Positions 35,002 to 42,281 of a stretch of 49,266 bases of DNA are shown in pieces (within the stretch, counting starts at the first letter, position 1; each line of letters begins with the position of its first letter). The notes under the pieces are model-generated. The model saw only the letters and a program-made list of their open reading frames with translations. It had not been told where the DNA came from and did no database searches. The stretch is taken from the IMG/VR virus record IMGVR_UViG_2710723508_000002, positions 1 through 49,266 of that record, one strand, 5' to 3'. Position numbers and translations under genes: made by a program. The DNA is from a virus.

Positions 35002-35824
35002 TTTTTTCTTGAACTAAGATTTCGAGTAATTCAATAATCCTTGGGATGTTCTCGTTGGTGTCAGGCCGCAAACCAGTAAGTTGGTAGATTCTTTCCGCTG
35101 TGGCTTCTGGGTCTTTGGTATCTTTAGTTCCTAGCAAACGCAACAAAGCAATCACTCTGGCTTTTGGGTCAAGTGGCAACTTCGTCTTAGGAGGCTTTTG
35201 TGTTAGTTCGCGTGCGTCTGTGTCTTCGTCTCCGGTAAGGATTCCTAGTGCGTTCATGAACGCGTACCGCTTCGCAAACGTGTTACGAGCGCCGTACTTC
35301 TGGGTGTCACTCATGAAACTTTCTGTACCAATTTCGACAGTAAAAGAACTTTCTTCACTGTGACCCATTGAGTGGGTAATAGTACAAATCACTGTCAGAC
35401 TTTTATTGTCTTGTGAGCGCTCTTCTCGGAATCCGTACGCGAGGCTGTTGTCGCCTAGTGGCTTCTTGACCTGCAGAACGATTGAATCGAGCGGGGCAAA
35501 CTTGTAACGTGGCTTGTTGTCTTTATCAGTTACCACCTTAGTCTTGGCAATAACCGGGCAGTCCTTCTGGAACTGTGCCATTGCCATCACAAAAGCTTCA
35601 CGTGCTTGGTCTGCGCGAAACTCTTTACGCATAGCGAGGAAACGTTCAATTGTTTCAACTGGCAGCCCTCTTTCAATTGCTTGGGAAATGAAGCCTTCAA
35701 TTGAATTGTCACTCTGGCGAATGACTGGCGGCGCTGGTGGTGGTACCACTATAGCTGCGTTTTCAGTTTCTACAGCTTGCTCTGGTGTTGACTCATTTGG
35801 ATTCTTGTCTACTTTGTCTCCCAT
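34988..35824 (-). CDS. erf: ERF-family single-strand annealing protein.
   Basis: FQKDCPVIAKTK..YKFAPLDSIVLQVKKPL ... QKYGARNTFAKRYAFMNALGILTGDEDTDA parallels the P22 Erf motifs (YKYRS..ILE.VKPLL and SSYARKYCLNGLFGIDD..DAD). Confidence 0.8.
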   Translation of the reverse strand: MGDKVDKNPNESTPEQAVETENAAIVVPPPAPPVIRQSDNSIEGFISQAIERGLPVETIERFLAMRKEFRADQAREAFVMAMAQFQKDCPVIAKTKVVTDKDNKPRYKFAPLDSIVLQVKKPLGDNSLAYGFREERSQDNKSLTVICTITHSMGHSEESSFTVEIGTESFMSDTQKYGARNTFAKRYAFMNALGILTGDEDTDARELTQKPPKTKLPLDPKARVIALLRLLGTKDTKDPEATAERIYQLTGLRPDTNENIPRIIELLEILVQEKNDNH

Positions 35825-35854
35825 ATAATTAAATTAAACTTTTATAAAAATATA

Positions 35855-36772
35855 CTACGGCTTCTGGTTTGAAGTGTCAAGGCGAGGTGTAGTATAACTT
35901 GTGGATAGTAATGTTTCCCTAATTGCAGCAAATATCTCCATGGCCACTTGCGGAACTATTGAATTGCCGCACGCCTTTAATCTTTCTTTGCGGTACTGCG
36001 CCGCCGTGATTTTGTTGGTTCGCACGCCACGAACGGTATATCCGTCCAACCTTCGGGGTAACCCATTATGTATTCCGTGAATGCAGGTTGCAGCTGCAAC
36101 CTCTTGCCAGTTTTTGTCCCAATCTCCGTACCTAATCTTTCGGTCTTCTTCCCGTTTTTCTGGTTCTGGTAACCCATAAAGTTTCTTGCTTCCAAGGTTT
36201 GCAATAATCCAGACTCTATCCCTTCTATGCAGCGCTCCAACGGCCACAGCTGGAATAATAAGCGGCTGGACTTCGTAACCTTCTCTTTCCAAATCAGTGC
36301 ACGTCTTTTCGAGAACCACACCTTCGTCCCAATCAACCAAGCCACGCACATTTTCAGCGATGACCCATTCAGGTCTGAGATTTTGTATGACAGTAAACAT
36401 TTCAGGCCACTTGTAGCGGTCGTCTGCCGTTCCTGCTCTTCGTCCAGCTCGACTGAAAGGCTGGCATGGGAAACCTCCGGTGAGAATAGTGAGTGTTTGT
36501 GTTTCGTCGCTCCGTTCTCTACCGCACTGTCCAAGGTGTCCCTGGGCTTTGTTTGACTGCCCCCCTTCCAATCCCTGGTGCTGGGTGTCGGTAACAAGGT
36601 CAGCGATGTCGCCGTAGAAGGTTCCTTCCGGCCAGTGCTTCTTGAGGACTGCTGTTGGGAACGCTTCCCATTCACAGAAAGTGTGTTTGATTTCTTGGTC
36701 ATGAAAAATAGTGTCTAGGGCTAATGAGAATCCACCAATACCAGCAAATAAATCATAGTGAATAATTTTCAT
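35855..36772 (-). CDS. dcm: DNA (cytosine-5) methyltransferase.
   Basis: Motif I DLFAGIGGFSLAL, motif IV GGFPCQPFSRAG, motif VI ENVRGL, RRDRVWIIA, and motif X GNSIVPQVA. I prefer the ATG at 36772 (MKIIHYDLF) over the track's alternative start at 36898. Confidence 0.9.
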   Translation of the reverse strand: MKIIHYDLFAGIGGFSLALDTIFHDQEIKHTFCEWEAFPTAVLKKHWPEGTFYGDIADLVTDTQHQGLEGGQSNKAQGHLGQCGRERSDETQTLTILTGGFPCQPFSRAGRRAGTADDRYKWPEMFTVIQNLRPEWVIAENVRGLVDWDEGVVLEKTCTDLEREGYEVQPLIIPAVAVGALHRRDRVWIIANLGSKKLYGLPEPEKREEDRKIRYGDWDKNWQEVAAATCIHGIHNGLPRRLDGYTVRGVRTNKITAAQYRKERLKACGNSIVPQVAMEIFAAIRETLLSTSYTTPRLDTSNQKP

Positions 36773-36942
36773 AGAAACTGACCAAGTACAATCCAGGTAA
36801 TAGCCACAGCTACGACCATGACCGCCTTCTGCTTCCAGCTGAGAGATTTCTGTGGTGGTTTGTAGTCTGGGCTCTTTGGACACCAGTAGACGTGGCAAAT
36901 CGCTTCACAGCATTCATTTTGTACACAGTAACGTTTTTGCAT
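36769..36942 (-). CDS. 57-aa Cys-rich protein with a C-terminal TM helix, missed by the ORF track.
   Basis: MQKRYCVQNECCEAICHVYWCPKSPDY...AVMVVAVAITWIVLGQFL. The ATG lies 1 nt after the upstream stop. Its stop overlaps the methyltransferase start as ATGA. Confidence 0.5.
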   Translation of the reverse strand: MQKRYCVQNECCEAICHVYWCPKSPDYKPPQKSLSWKQKAVMVVAVAITWIVLGQFL

Positions 36943-36943
36943 A

Positions 36944-37753
36944 TTATTTTGTTGTGGTTTCAGACATTAATTTTTTAATCTTTTTCAACTCGGTAACTCC
37001 CCCCAAAACAAGTGCTGCGGTACGTTCTATTTCTTTAATCTTGCAGTCCATAGACCAGCTGTTCATCTCAAGAGCAACCTTAACGTACTTGCCTATCTCC
37101 TCAGTCTTGCCCTTTGCGTTCCAGCCAGTTATTTCAATACCTGACGCTTTTTCAAACACCTGCACAGTGTTCCTTAGTTCTTTAAGTAATTCCTCAGTCT
37201 GTCTACCGTTGTACCCGCGTCCCTTCTCGTACCCTTTTAGCTCTGCTTCTTGGATTTGCTTTGCTATGCTCTCCTTGGCTATGTACTGACTGCGTATGCG
37301 CTCAACTTCTGTGGCGCCACGACGCAAGATGGAGGCCATAAAATGTAGTGGTATCGGAGCTGTCTTTTGTGGTGTTGGCCTTACCTTCATTACCAATTTG
37401 TCACCTTTAAGCACCAGCAGTCCCCAGTTTTTAGGCAGCTCACCCTCTTTCACAATGTCTGGGTCTGATACTACCAGGAACCACTTATCGCAGTACTCCA
37501 TCAATTCATTGGACTTGCTCATGTGTTTTAGTTCTGAGAGCCAGTCTGAGCGCGATACTTTAATTTCAAATCCTAAAATCTCGTAGCCTGTGCTGCCAAA
37601 CATGTTGAAAGCCATTGCATCAGCTATTCGATTTGCAGTACCTGTGCTAGAGCGAACCTGTGTAAGAAATACCCATTCGTACGAGTCGCAGTATCGTTTG
37701 TATAGATACTTCTCCATGTCAGCTGCTGTAATTTTTTGTGTGTCTGTATTCAT
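36944..37753 (-). CDS. MmcB-like PD-(D/E)xK nuclease / DNA repair protein (putative).
   Basis: RIADAMAFNMF...EILGFEIKVSRSDWLSEL...CDKWFLVV fits a D...E.K nuclease core, as in the MmcB family. Confidence 0.5.
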   Translation of the reverse strand: MNTDTQKITAADMEKYLYKRYCDSYEWVFLTQVRSSTGTANRIADAMAFNMFGSTGYEILGFEIKVSRSDWLSELKHMSKSNELMEYCDKWFLVVSDPDIVKEGELPKNWGLLVLKGDKLVMKVRPTPQKTAPIPLHFMASILRRGATEVERIRSQYIAKESIAKQIQEAELKGYEKGRGYNGRQTEELLKELRNTVQVFEKASGIEITGWNAKGKTEEIGKYVKVALEMNSWSMDCKIKEIERTAALVLGGVTELKKIKKLMSETTTK

Positions 37754-37757
37754 ATCG

Positions 37758-38180
37758 TTAATTCTTATCAGCTAGAACCTGTTGAGCAAAAGCACTGCCA
37801 GTTCGGTCAGTGAGCATGGAGTATTTTTCTCTAAGGTCAATCAAGGGAACTTGTAAATCTTCAACCTTTCCAAAAGTCGCAAATTGTCTGGCCATGGCCA
37901 TTATGCCGTTCATTTTTTGGGTGATTTCCTTGGCTCGTAACTCATTCCAATCATCACTCGTCAGCTGGTGGGTATGATTCCAGCCCATTGTCGCGTTGTA
38001 ATCCGGTTCAATCCGCTGGATATCACTGCCTTTGAGGGCGAGTCCGGTGTCGAACGTCCCTCGCTTCTCAGGATTGTTGAAAAGGTAGTACGCTTTGTGG
38101 GCTTCGTTCGCGTCGATAGTGAACTCTTGCTCTTTACGAAAACCACACACTATTTTCACCTTAAATTTTGACGTTTTCAT
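37758..38180 (-). CDS. Hypothetical protein.
   Basis: 140 aa. Confidence 0.6.
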   Translation of the reverse strand: MKTSKFKVKIVCGFRKEQEFTIDANEAHKAYYLFNNPEKRGTFDTGLALKGSDIQRIEPDYNATMGWNHTHQLTSDDWNELRAKEITQKMNGIMAMARQFATFGKVEDLQVPLIDLREKYSMLTDRTGSAFAQQVLADKN

Positions 38181-38182
38181 AG

Positions 38183-38689
38183 TTACTTGTAACAGCTAGG
38201 CATATCAAGTCCGGCAGCTTCGCTAGTAAGGTTCAAAATCATTTGCATAGTAGCGACCATTTCGGGGTTTCGCCAAGCACTAATCACATAAGACCGTGGT
38301 TTAGTGTAGTGGTGAAGATTCTGTCTGATATGCAACTCGCAAGCTGCTTCGGTAAAGAATACGCCAGCACGGTCGGACATGACGTACTCAATATCGTAAT
38401 CAACCTTACGCCAATCACCAAGGTCAATATCGTCAACTGATTCGACCCCAATAGCTTCAAGAGCGTCTTTCACTACGTCTGTGTCATGCGTCAGACGGTC
38501 TTGTGCTCTCTCAAGCTCGTCGTACTGGTCATCTGTGAGCGTTGCGTACTCGTCCGACCAATACTGTGACTCAGCGCCACAACCGTCTGGTTTCCCCACT
38601 TCCAACTCCTCCTGCACCACGAACAGTGGATATTGAGTACCTCGATTGCTCTGCGTTCGCATGAGCTTACTTGTTTCAATTAAATCCAT
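38183..38689 (-). CDS. Hypothetical protein.
   Basis: 168 aa. Confidence 0.6.
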   Translation of the reverse strand: MDLIETSKLMRTQSNRGTQYPLFVVQEELEVGKPDGCGAESQYWSDEYATLTDDQYDELERAQDRLTHDTDVVKDALEAIGVESVDDIDLGDWRKVDYDIEYVMSDRAGVFFTEAACELHIRQNLHHYTKPRSYVISAWRNPEMVATMQMILNLTSEAAGLDMPSCYK

Positions 38690-38691
38690 AC

Positions 38692-39390
38692 CTAAAATGC
38701 TATTATATTCTTTTTACTTTTAATCTCCTTTACGTGATCATCAATTCTTTTGCGCGCCCATACCTGAATCGTGGCGTAGTGCGACTTGTACCGCTTGCCT
38801 TTGGATTCCATGTAGCAACTAAGTTGTTCAATAAGACCCTCGACGGCTTGCATGTTTAGTGCCTCGACAAGCTTGGTGAGCTCATCGTCAGTAAGGAAAA
38901 CATTTTTGAATTCACCATAAGCTTTTTTCTCTGGTTTTGGTGTCTTTTCCTTAACCCTTTCCTTAACCATATCCCTATCCCTATCCATATCCCTATCCAA
39001 GGGGAGTATCGATAGGGTATCCATAGGGTATCCAAGACCTATAAAAACATCCAAAATATCCTTTGGTATAGCCTTAATTTCATTCGTAACAGCAACACTT
39101 AATTTTTCACCAGTAAACGACTGATATTTTGGGTAATTTACAACACACAACCAACCATCTCGGTAGATAATTTTTTTATCCTTCTCAAACCGATTCAACA
39201 TTTTTTGCACCATTTCTTTCTCAAAACCAATTTCAACAGCGATATATTTTAACGCTATTTCGTATATCCCGGTCAGCGACAATGCTGGACAAGTAATGCA
39301 GTACACGAACAACAATTTTTCACTTGGGTCGAGATTGGCAACGTAAGTATCTTGCCAAAACCGAGTGTTGAAAAATGTATTTTTACTCAT
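38692..39390 (-). CDS. Replisome organizer / DnaD-like replication initiation protein.
   Basis: ATG at 39390 (MSKNTFFNTRFWQD..). The N-terminal block LLFVYCITCPALSLTGIYEI is Phage_rep_org_N-like. The C-terminal block AYGEFKNVFLTDDELTKL...YKSHYATIQVWARKR is DnaD-like. The track's 5' extension to 39519 reads through a terminator. Confidence 0.65.
   Translation of the reverse strand: MSKNTFFNTRFWQDTYVANLDPSEKLLFVYCITCPALSLTGIYEIALKYIAVEIGFEKEMVQKMLNRFEKDKKIIYRDGWLCVVNYPKYQSFTGEKLSVAVTNEIKAIPKDILDVFIGLGYPMDTLSILPLDRDMDRDRDMVKERVKEKTPKPEKKAYGEFKNVFLTDDELTKLVEALNMQAVEGLIEQLSCYMESKGKRYKSHYATIQVWARKRIDDHVKEIKSKKNIIAF
38946..39033. repeat. Iteron-like repeat cluster inside the replisome-organizer gene, a candidate replication origin.
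   Basis: tttccttaacc x2 (38946 and 38958), atatccctatcc x2 (38969 and 38987), and the tandem atagggtatcc x2 (39012 and 39023), whose ATAGGG core is the reverse complement of the CCCTAT core in the left-arm repeats. Confidence 0.6.
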
Positions 39391-39399
39391 AGGTTTAAT

Positions 39400-39424
39400 A
39401 AAAAAACCACTCAACAGAGAGTGG
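39400..39424 (-). terminator. Rho-independent terminator upstream of the replication gene.
   Basis: The minus strand reads CCACTC-tctgtt-GAGTGG followed by TTTTTTT. Confidence 0.75.
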
Positions 39425-39501
39425 GAGTAACGCTGGCGTCTTCGCTCACCAGTGGGGTTGCCCCCTCCCTCCCTCTGTTCAATGGTCTTAATTATTCGCG
39501 A
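39400..39501 (-). ncRNA. Candidate small RNA or leader of about 100 nt, running from promoter to terminator.
   Basis: An extended -10 (TGtTATAAA, minus strand, 39516-39508) is followed by a purine/G-rich tract, a GGGG-GCAA-CCCC hairpin, a 6-bp hairpin and the terminator. Confidence 0.4.
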
Positions 39502-39618
39502 AGAAGATTTATAACACAATCAAATGCTCGTTACAGCAACTTAATTGTCATGCAACCAGAAGTCGCACGGTTAATATAACACCACCAAGTGAGATATTTC
39601 TTCACACCCTGTTTATAA

Positions 39619-40041
39619 CTATGGTCGGAGCTGAGCAAAGACTCGTTCTGTCAGTTCTTGATCGTGCTCAATTCGATTATGACAGTTGGTACATGCGCAT
39701 ATCCATTCGTCAGGGTCTGATAACTTACCAACATCGCCTTTGTACCACGCTCGTTTGTGCTTATGAGCTACCTGCAAAAACATATTTCCAAGACACTCTT
39801 CGAACATAAGCTCACAAGAGTGAATAGGGTTCTCTTCGATGTATTCCCGGATAATTTGATTCGCTTTTAGGTTTGCTTTGCCAATAGTGCCTACACGTTT
39901 AAGTCCAGACGTGCGTTTTTTGGAGAGATTTGACCCCATAGCGCTGTTTTTACGTGATAGTGAGGACTTTCTACCAGAACTACCCCAAGCGCTTCTCTTG
40001 AGCTGTTTTGTGCCTCTTTTTAATTGTGTCTTTCGTAACAT
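39619..40041 (-). CDS. HNH endonuclease.
   Basis: A basic Ser/Lys/Arg-rich N-terminus is followed by CELMFEEC...VAHKHKRAWY...CACTNCHNRIEH. Confidence 0.75.
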   Translation of the reverse strand: MLRKTQLKRGTKQLKRSAWGSSGRKSSLSRKNSAMGSNLSKKRTSGLKRVGTIGKANLKANQIIREYIEENPIHSCELMFEECLGNMFLQVAHKHKRAWYKGDVGKLSDPDEWICACTNCHNRIEHDQELTERVFAQLRP

Positions 40042-40043
40042 TG

Positions 40044-40124
40044 TGCTGTGTGTCGGAATCGAACCGACTGGGGTTTCCCATCAGATTTACAGTCTGACCT
40101 CGCGCCGTACGAGACTAACAAAGC
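40044..40124 (-). tRNA. tRNA-Tyr (anticodon GTA), class II-like with a short variable arm.
   Basis: Manual fold. Acceptor GCTTTGT/ACACAGC with one U-C mismatch. Anticodon arm TCAGA-CTGTAAA-TCTGA. Variable arm TGGGAAACCCCA. T-arm GTCGG-TTCGATT-CCGAC. Discriminator A. The D-arm is slightly atypical. Confidence 0.6.
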
Positions 40125-40187
40125 AAAACCGCCGATATTCTTTCGCGTCATTAAGAGGGGTCAATTCCCTTTCAACGTCGGCTTTTG

Positions 40188-40259
40188 TTCAGGGTGGGAG
40201 AATCGAACTCCGCATTTCCACGTTATGAGCGTGGCGACTTACCATTAGTCCAACCCCAA
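40188..40259 (-). tRNA. tRNA-Met (anticodon CAT); could instead be an Ile2-type tRNA.
   Basis: Manual cloverleaf. Acceptor TTGGGGT/ACCCTGA with two G-U pairs. D-arm GACT-AATGGTA-AGTC. Anticodon arm CCACG-CTCATAA-CGTGG. T-arm (C)GGAG-TTCGATT-CTCC(C). Confidence 0.75.
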
Positions 40260-40262
40260 ATC

Positions 40263-40284
40263 TGACCACGAGTTACCGTGGTCA
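40263..40284 (-). other. 8-bp hairpin between the 130-aa gene and tRNA-Met, a terminator- or processing-type stem-loop.
   Basis: The minus strand reads TGACCACG-gtaact-CGTGGTCA followed by GATTT. Confidence 0.5.
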
Positions 40285-40290
40285 AACAGC

Positions 40291-40683
40291 TTATTGCTGA
40301 CCTGCTGCTTGCGCGCCAGGTACGCTAGCCTCTGTCGGTGAAGCGACTGGTGTTTCAGGTTCTGGTGTTACCACCTCTGCTGCTACTCCAGTTGGCTGCG
40401 CTTCCTCGCTTTTGGTTTCTGTAGTCTCCGCGGCTACAGCCCCTGCGTTTTCAGGGGTAACCTCTGCAGCATTCGCTGCACTATCTCCACCATCCGGTAC
40501 AACCGGAACTTCCTCTACCTTTTCTGTTTCAGCTGCTACTGGTTCCTCTGGCATTTCCACCAAAGAACCATCAGCTACGTGGGGCGCAGCGTCATTTGGG
40601 AGAAGTTTTAGAATATCTCCCGGAGTGCGGAGCACACCAAGAATTTCTACTGTCTCTCCCTCACCTACTACTTGATACTTCAT
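40291..40683 (-). CDS. Hypothetical protein with an A/E/P/T-rich low-complexity tail.
   Basis: 130 aa. It is preceded by the conserved 19-nt motif. Confidence 0.6.
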   Translation of the reverse strand: MKYQVVGEGETVEILGVLRTPGDILKLLPNDAAPHVADGSLVEMPEEPVAAETEKVEEVPVVPDGGDSAANAAEVTPENAGAVAAETTETKSEEAQPTGVAAEVVTPEPETPVASPTEASVPGAQAAGQQ

Positions 40684-40690
40684 ACTGAAT

Positions 40691-40709
40691 TTGTGAATTT
40701 ATTTATTAA
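40691..40709 (-). promoter_or_regulatory. Conserved 19-nt upstream motif, copy 2 (copy 1 at 18898-18916).
   Basis: ttgtgaatttatttattaa is identical at both sites, each just upstream of a minus-strand start codon. A related tttcacaat precedes the ATG at 16641. Confidence 0.5.
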
Positions 40710-40768
40710 CAACATTGAACCTACTGATTATACTCCAAAAAACTTGACTACACCCACAATACTGTGGA

Positions 40769-41062
40769 CTAGTTTTCTTCTTTCTTGTTAAAGAAAGCGT
40801 GGTACGAGCCAAGAGACGAAAGCCAAGTTATAAATGTCAGGCCAAATGTTCCAATAACAGCATTTAGCGTATCCCCACTTACTAGGTCTGGTTCAATCCA
40901 AAGACCGAGTCCGACATATCCAAATGAAGCAAGGGCGGCTACTAAACGAATAATTGGTCTACGCGACTCTCGAAGAGAGGCAAACGATGGCAGCATTTTT
41001 ATAAGTCCAGTAACAGCGTTCACTAGAAACGGAGTCACTGATATCAATAGAGCGGTCAACAT
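40769..41062 (-). CDS. Holin-like membrane protein.
   Basis: 97 aa with about 3 hydrophobic helices, immediately downstream of the hydrolase gene. Confidence 0.55.
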   Translation of the reverse strand: MLTALLISVTPFLVNAVTGLIKMLPSFASLRESRRPIIRLVAALASFGYVGLGLWIEPDLVSGDTLNAVIGTFGLTFITWLSSLGSYHAFFNKKEEN

Positions 41063-41065
41063 ATT

Positions 41066-42109
41066 TTATTGTCTTAAACGATAATAATAAATCGGGAAGC
41101 CTCCATTTTTCATATACCGAGTCTTCCACGATTCCTCGGTAAAGTTTTTCTTGAACGTGCCTGTATAGCTATCGTTCGACATAATCTCTCCCTCAAAGCC
41201 ACAAATTCCAACGTGACCGGGGATGGTTCCATTACCCATACCAGTTGGAGAAATTATGATGGCTCCAGGTTCTGGTTCGCCAATGGCCTCAAACCTATCA
41301 TCGTTCTTTAACTTTTCCCAAAGAGTCCAAGTACCTGTGATGATGGGAAAAGAAATAAATTTTCGTATGAGCATACTGACAGTCTCAGCACAACCAAATT
41401 CATCTGGGACAAGGTCGTTTGGAGAAACATCGCTACCTAAAGATTGCAGAGAGAGAATAAACAAATTAACTGGTTCATCTACTACCTCTCCCTCTTCGTG
41501 ATGGTCTGGTGGATTTTTTGGGTTAAAATTTTCAATCATACCTTGAAGTTGCAAAATAAGTGATAACACTTGAGCGTGTAATTTATTCCAGGCAGTGAAG
41601 TCGTGGGTCAGAAATATTCCCTTCATGTTCTTTAGGGTGTAGTCAAAGAGATGGGTGTAGTCAAAGACGCCGCGCCAGTGAGAGAATCCATGAGATAGTT
41701 CATGACAAAAGATGCGCACAAAAGAAGTCATGTCATCATAGGAGGTACCGTTCTTGTCGGCAATAACCACAAAGTCAAAGACCGCATCGCTGTCTCTGTT
41801 GTATACCCCGCCGAGTTCTTTATTTGGGTTTGGATGTTTGAGTCCAAGCCGGTCGCGCTCGTACCGTGAGATGTGTAGGCAGACAGCGTTGTGTCCTTCT
41901 GCCGGGCAGTTGGTTTTCATCCAGTCCCAGCGAATGTACGTGCCGCCATTTACGTAAGTCGGAACTACCGATGGTAGACTCATGTATTTCACAGTGAAAG
42001 TTTCAAAAGTCAAACCCTTAGCTTTTTTTATGATTTCATAAATCGCCTTGAAATGACTCTTAACCCAGAGAGACTTATTGGTCGTGTAAATGATGGTTTT
42101 TACGTGCAT
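41066..42109 (-). CDS. Cell-wall hydrolase (endolysin candidate) with a C-terminal papain-like Cys-His peptidase domain (CHAP/NlpC-P60 type) and an N-terminal HExxH region.
   Basis: C-terminal PDEFGCAETVSMLI ... GAIIISPTGMGNGTIPGHVGICG ... IMSNDS. N-terminal FCHELSHGFSH. It is flanked by two small membrane-protein genes. Confidence 0.6.
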   Translation of the reverse strand: MHVKTIIYTTNKSLWVKSHFKAIYEIIKKAKGLTFETFTVKYMSLPSVVPTYVNGGTYIRWDWMKTNCPAEGHNAVCLHISRYERDRLGLKHPNPNKELGGVYNRDSDAVFDFVVIADKNGTSYDDMTSFVRIFCHELSHGFSHWRGVFDYTHLFDYTLKNMKGIFLTHDFTAWNKLHAQVLSLILQLQGMIENFNPKNPPDHHEEGEVVDEPVNLFILSLQSLGSDVSPNDLVPDEFGCAETVSMLIRKFISFPIITGTWTLWEKLKNDDRFEAIGEPEPGAIIISPTGMGNGTIPGHVGICGFEGEIMSNDSYTGTFKKNFTEESWKTRYMKNGGFPIYYYRLRQ

Positions 42110-42111
42110 AC

Positions 42112-42273
42112 TTAGAAAAAGAGCGCGTTACCTGTTAATGCTGCTGCACAAACAAGGATGAATACCCCGCCAGACGCAAGAGTGAATGCGGTGTAATCCT
42201 CCCTTACCCTTTTTGCCAAAATTATTAGGGCTGAACCTAGAACTGCGAAACATATAGCTGAAATTATTGTCAT
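42112..42273 (-). CDS. Holin-like two-TM protein.
   Basis: ATG at 42273, 8 nt after the giant ORF's stop. MTIISAICFAVLGSALIILAKRVREDYTAFTLASGGVFILVCAAALTGNALFF. Confidence 0.55.
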   Translation of the reverse strand: MTIISAICFAVLGSALIILAKRVREDYTAFTLASGGVFILVCAAALTGNALFF

Positions 42274-42281
42274 GTCTTTAA

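Noticed and set aside
35977-36702. A 241-aa minus-strand ORF in an alternative frame within the C5 methyltransferase gene.
   Set aside because: The methyltransferase frame contains all the canonical motifs (I, IV, VI, VIII, X). The alternative frame is basic and low-complexity and has no independent support.
39460-39480. The G-rich tract AGAGGGAGGGAGGGGG (minus strand) as a G-quadruplex.
   Set aside because: There are only three clear G-runs unless the last one is split. The tract sits in a region better explained by hairpins, and I cannot evaluate quadruplex stability by eye.
39391-39519. The 5' extension of the replisome-organizer ORF (track start 39519). Similar extensions exist at 16642-16686 and 36773-36898.
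   Set aside because: The first two extensions begin at non-ATG codons and read through intrinsic terminator hairpins. The extension at 36773-36898 instead overlaps a better-packed small ORF. The internal ATGs give conventional N-termini.
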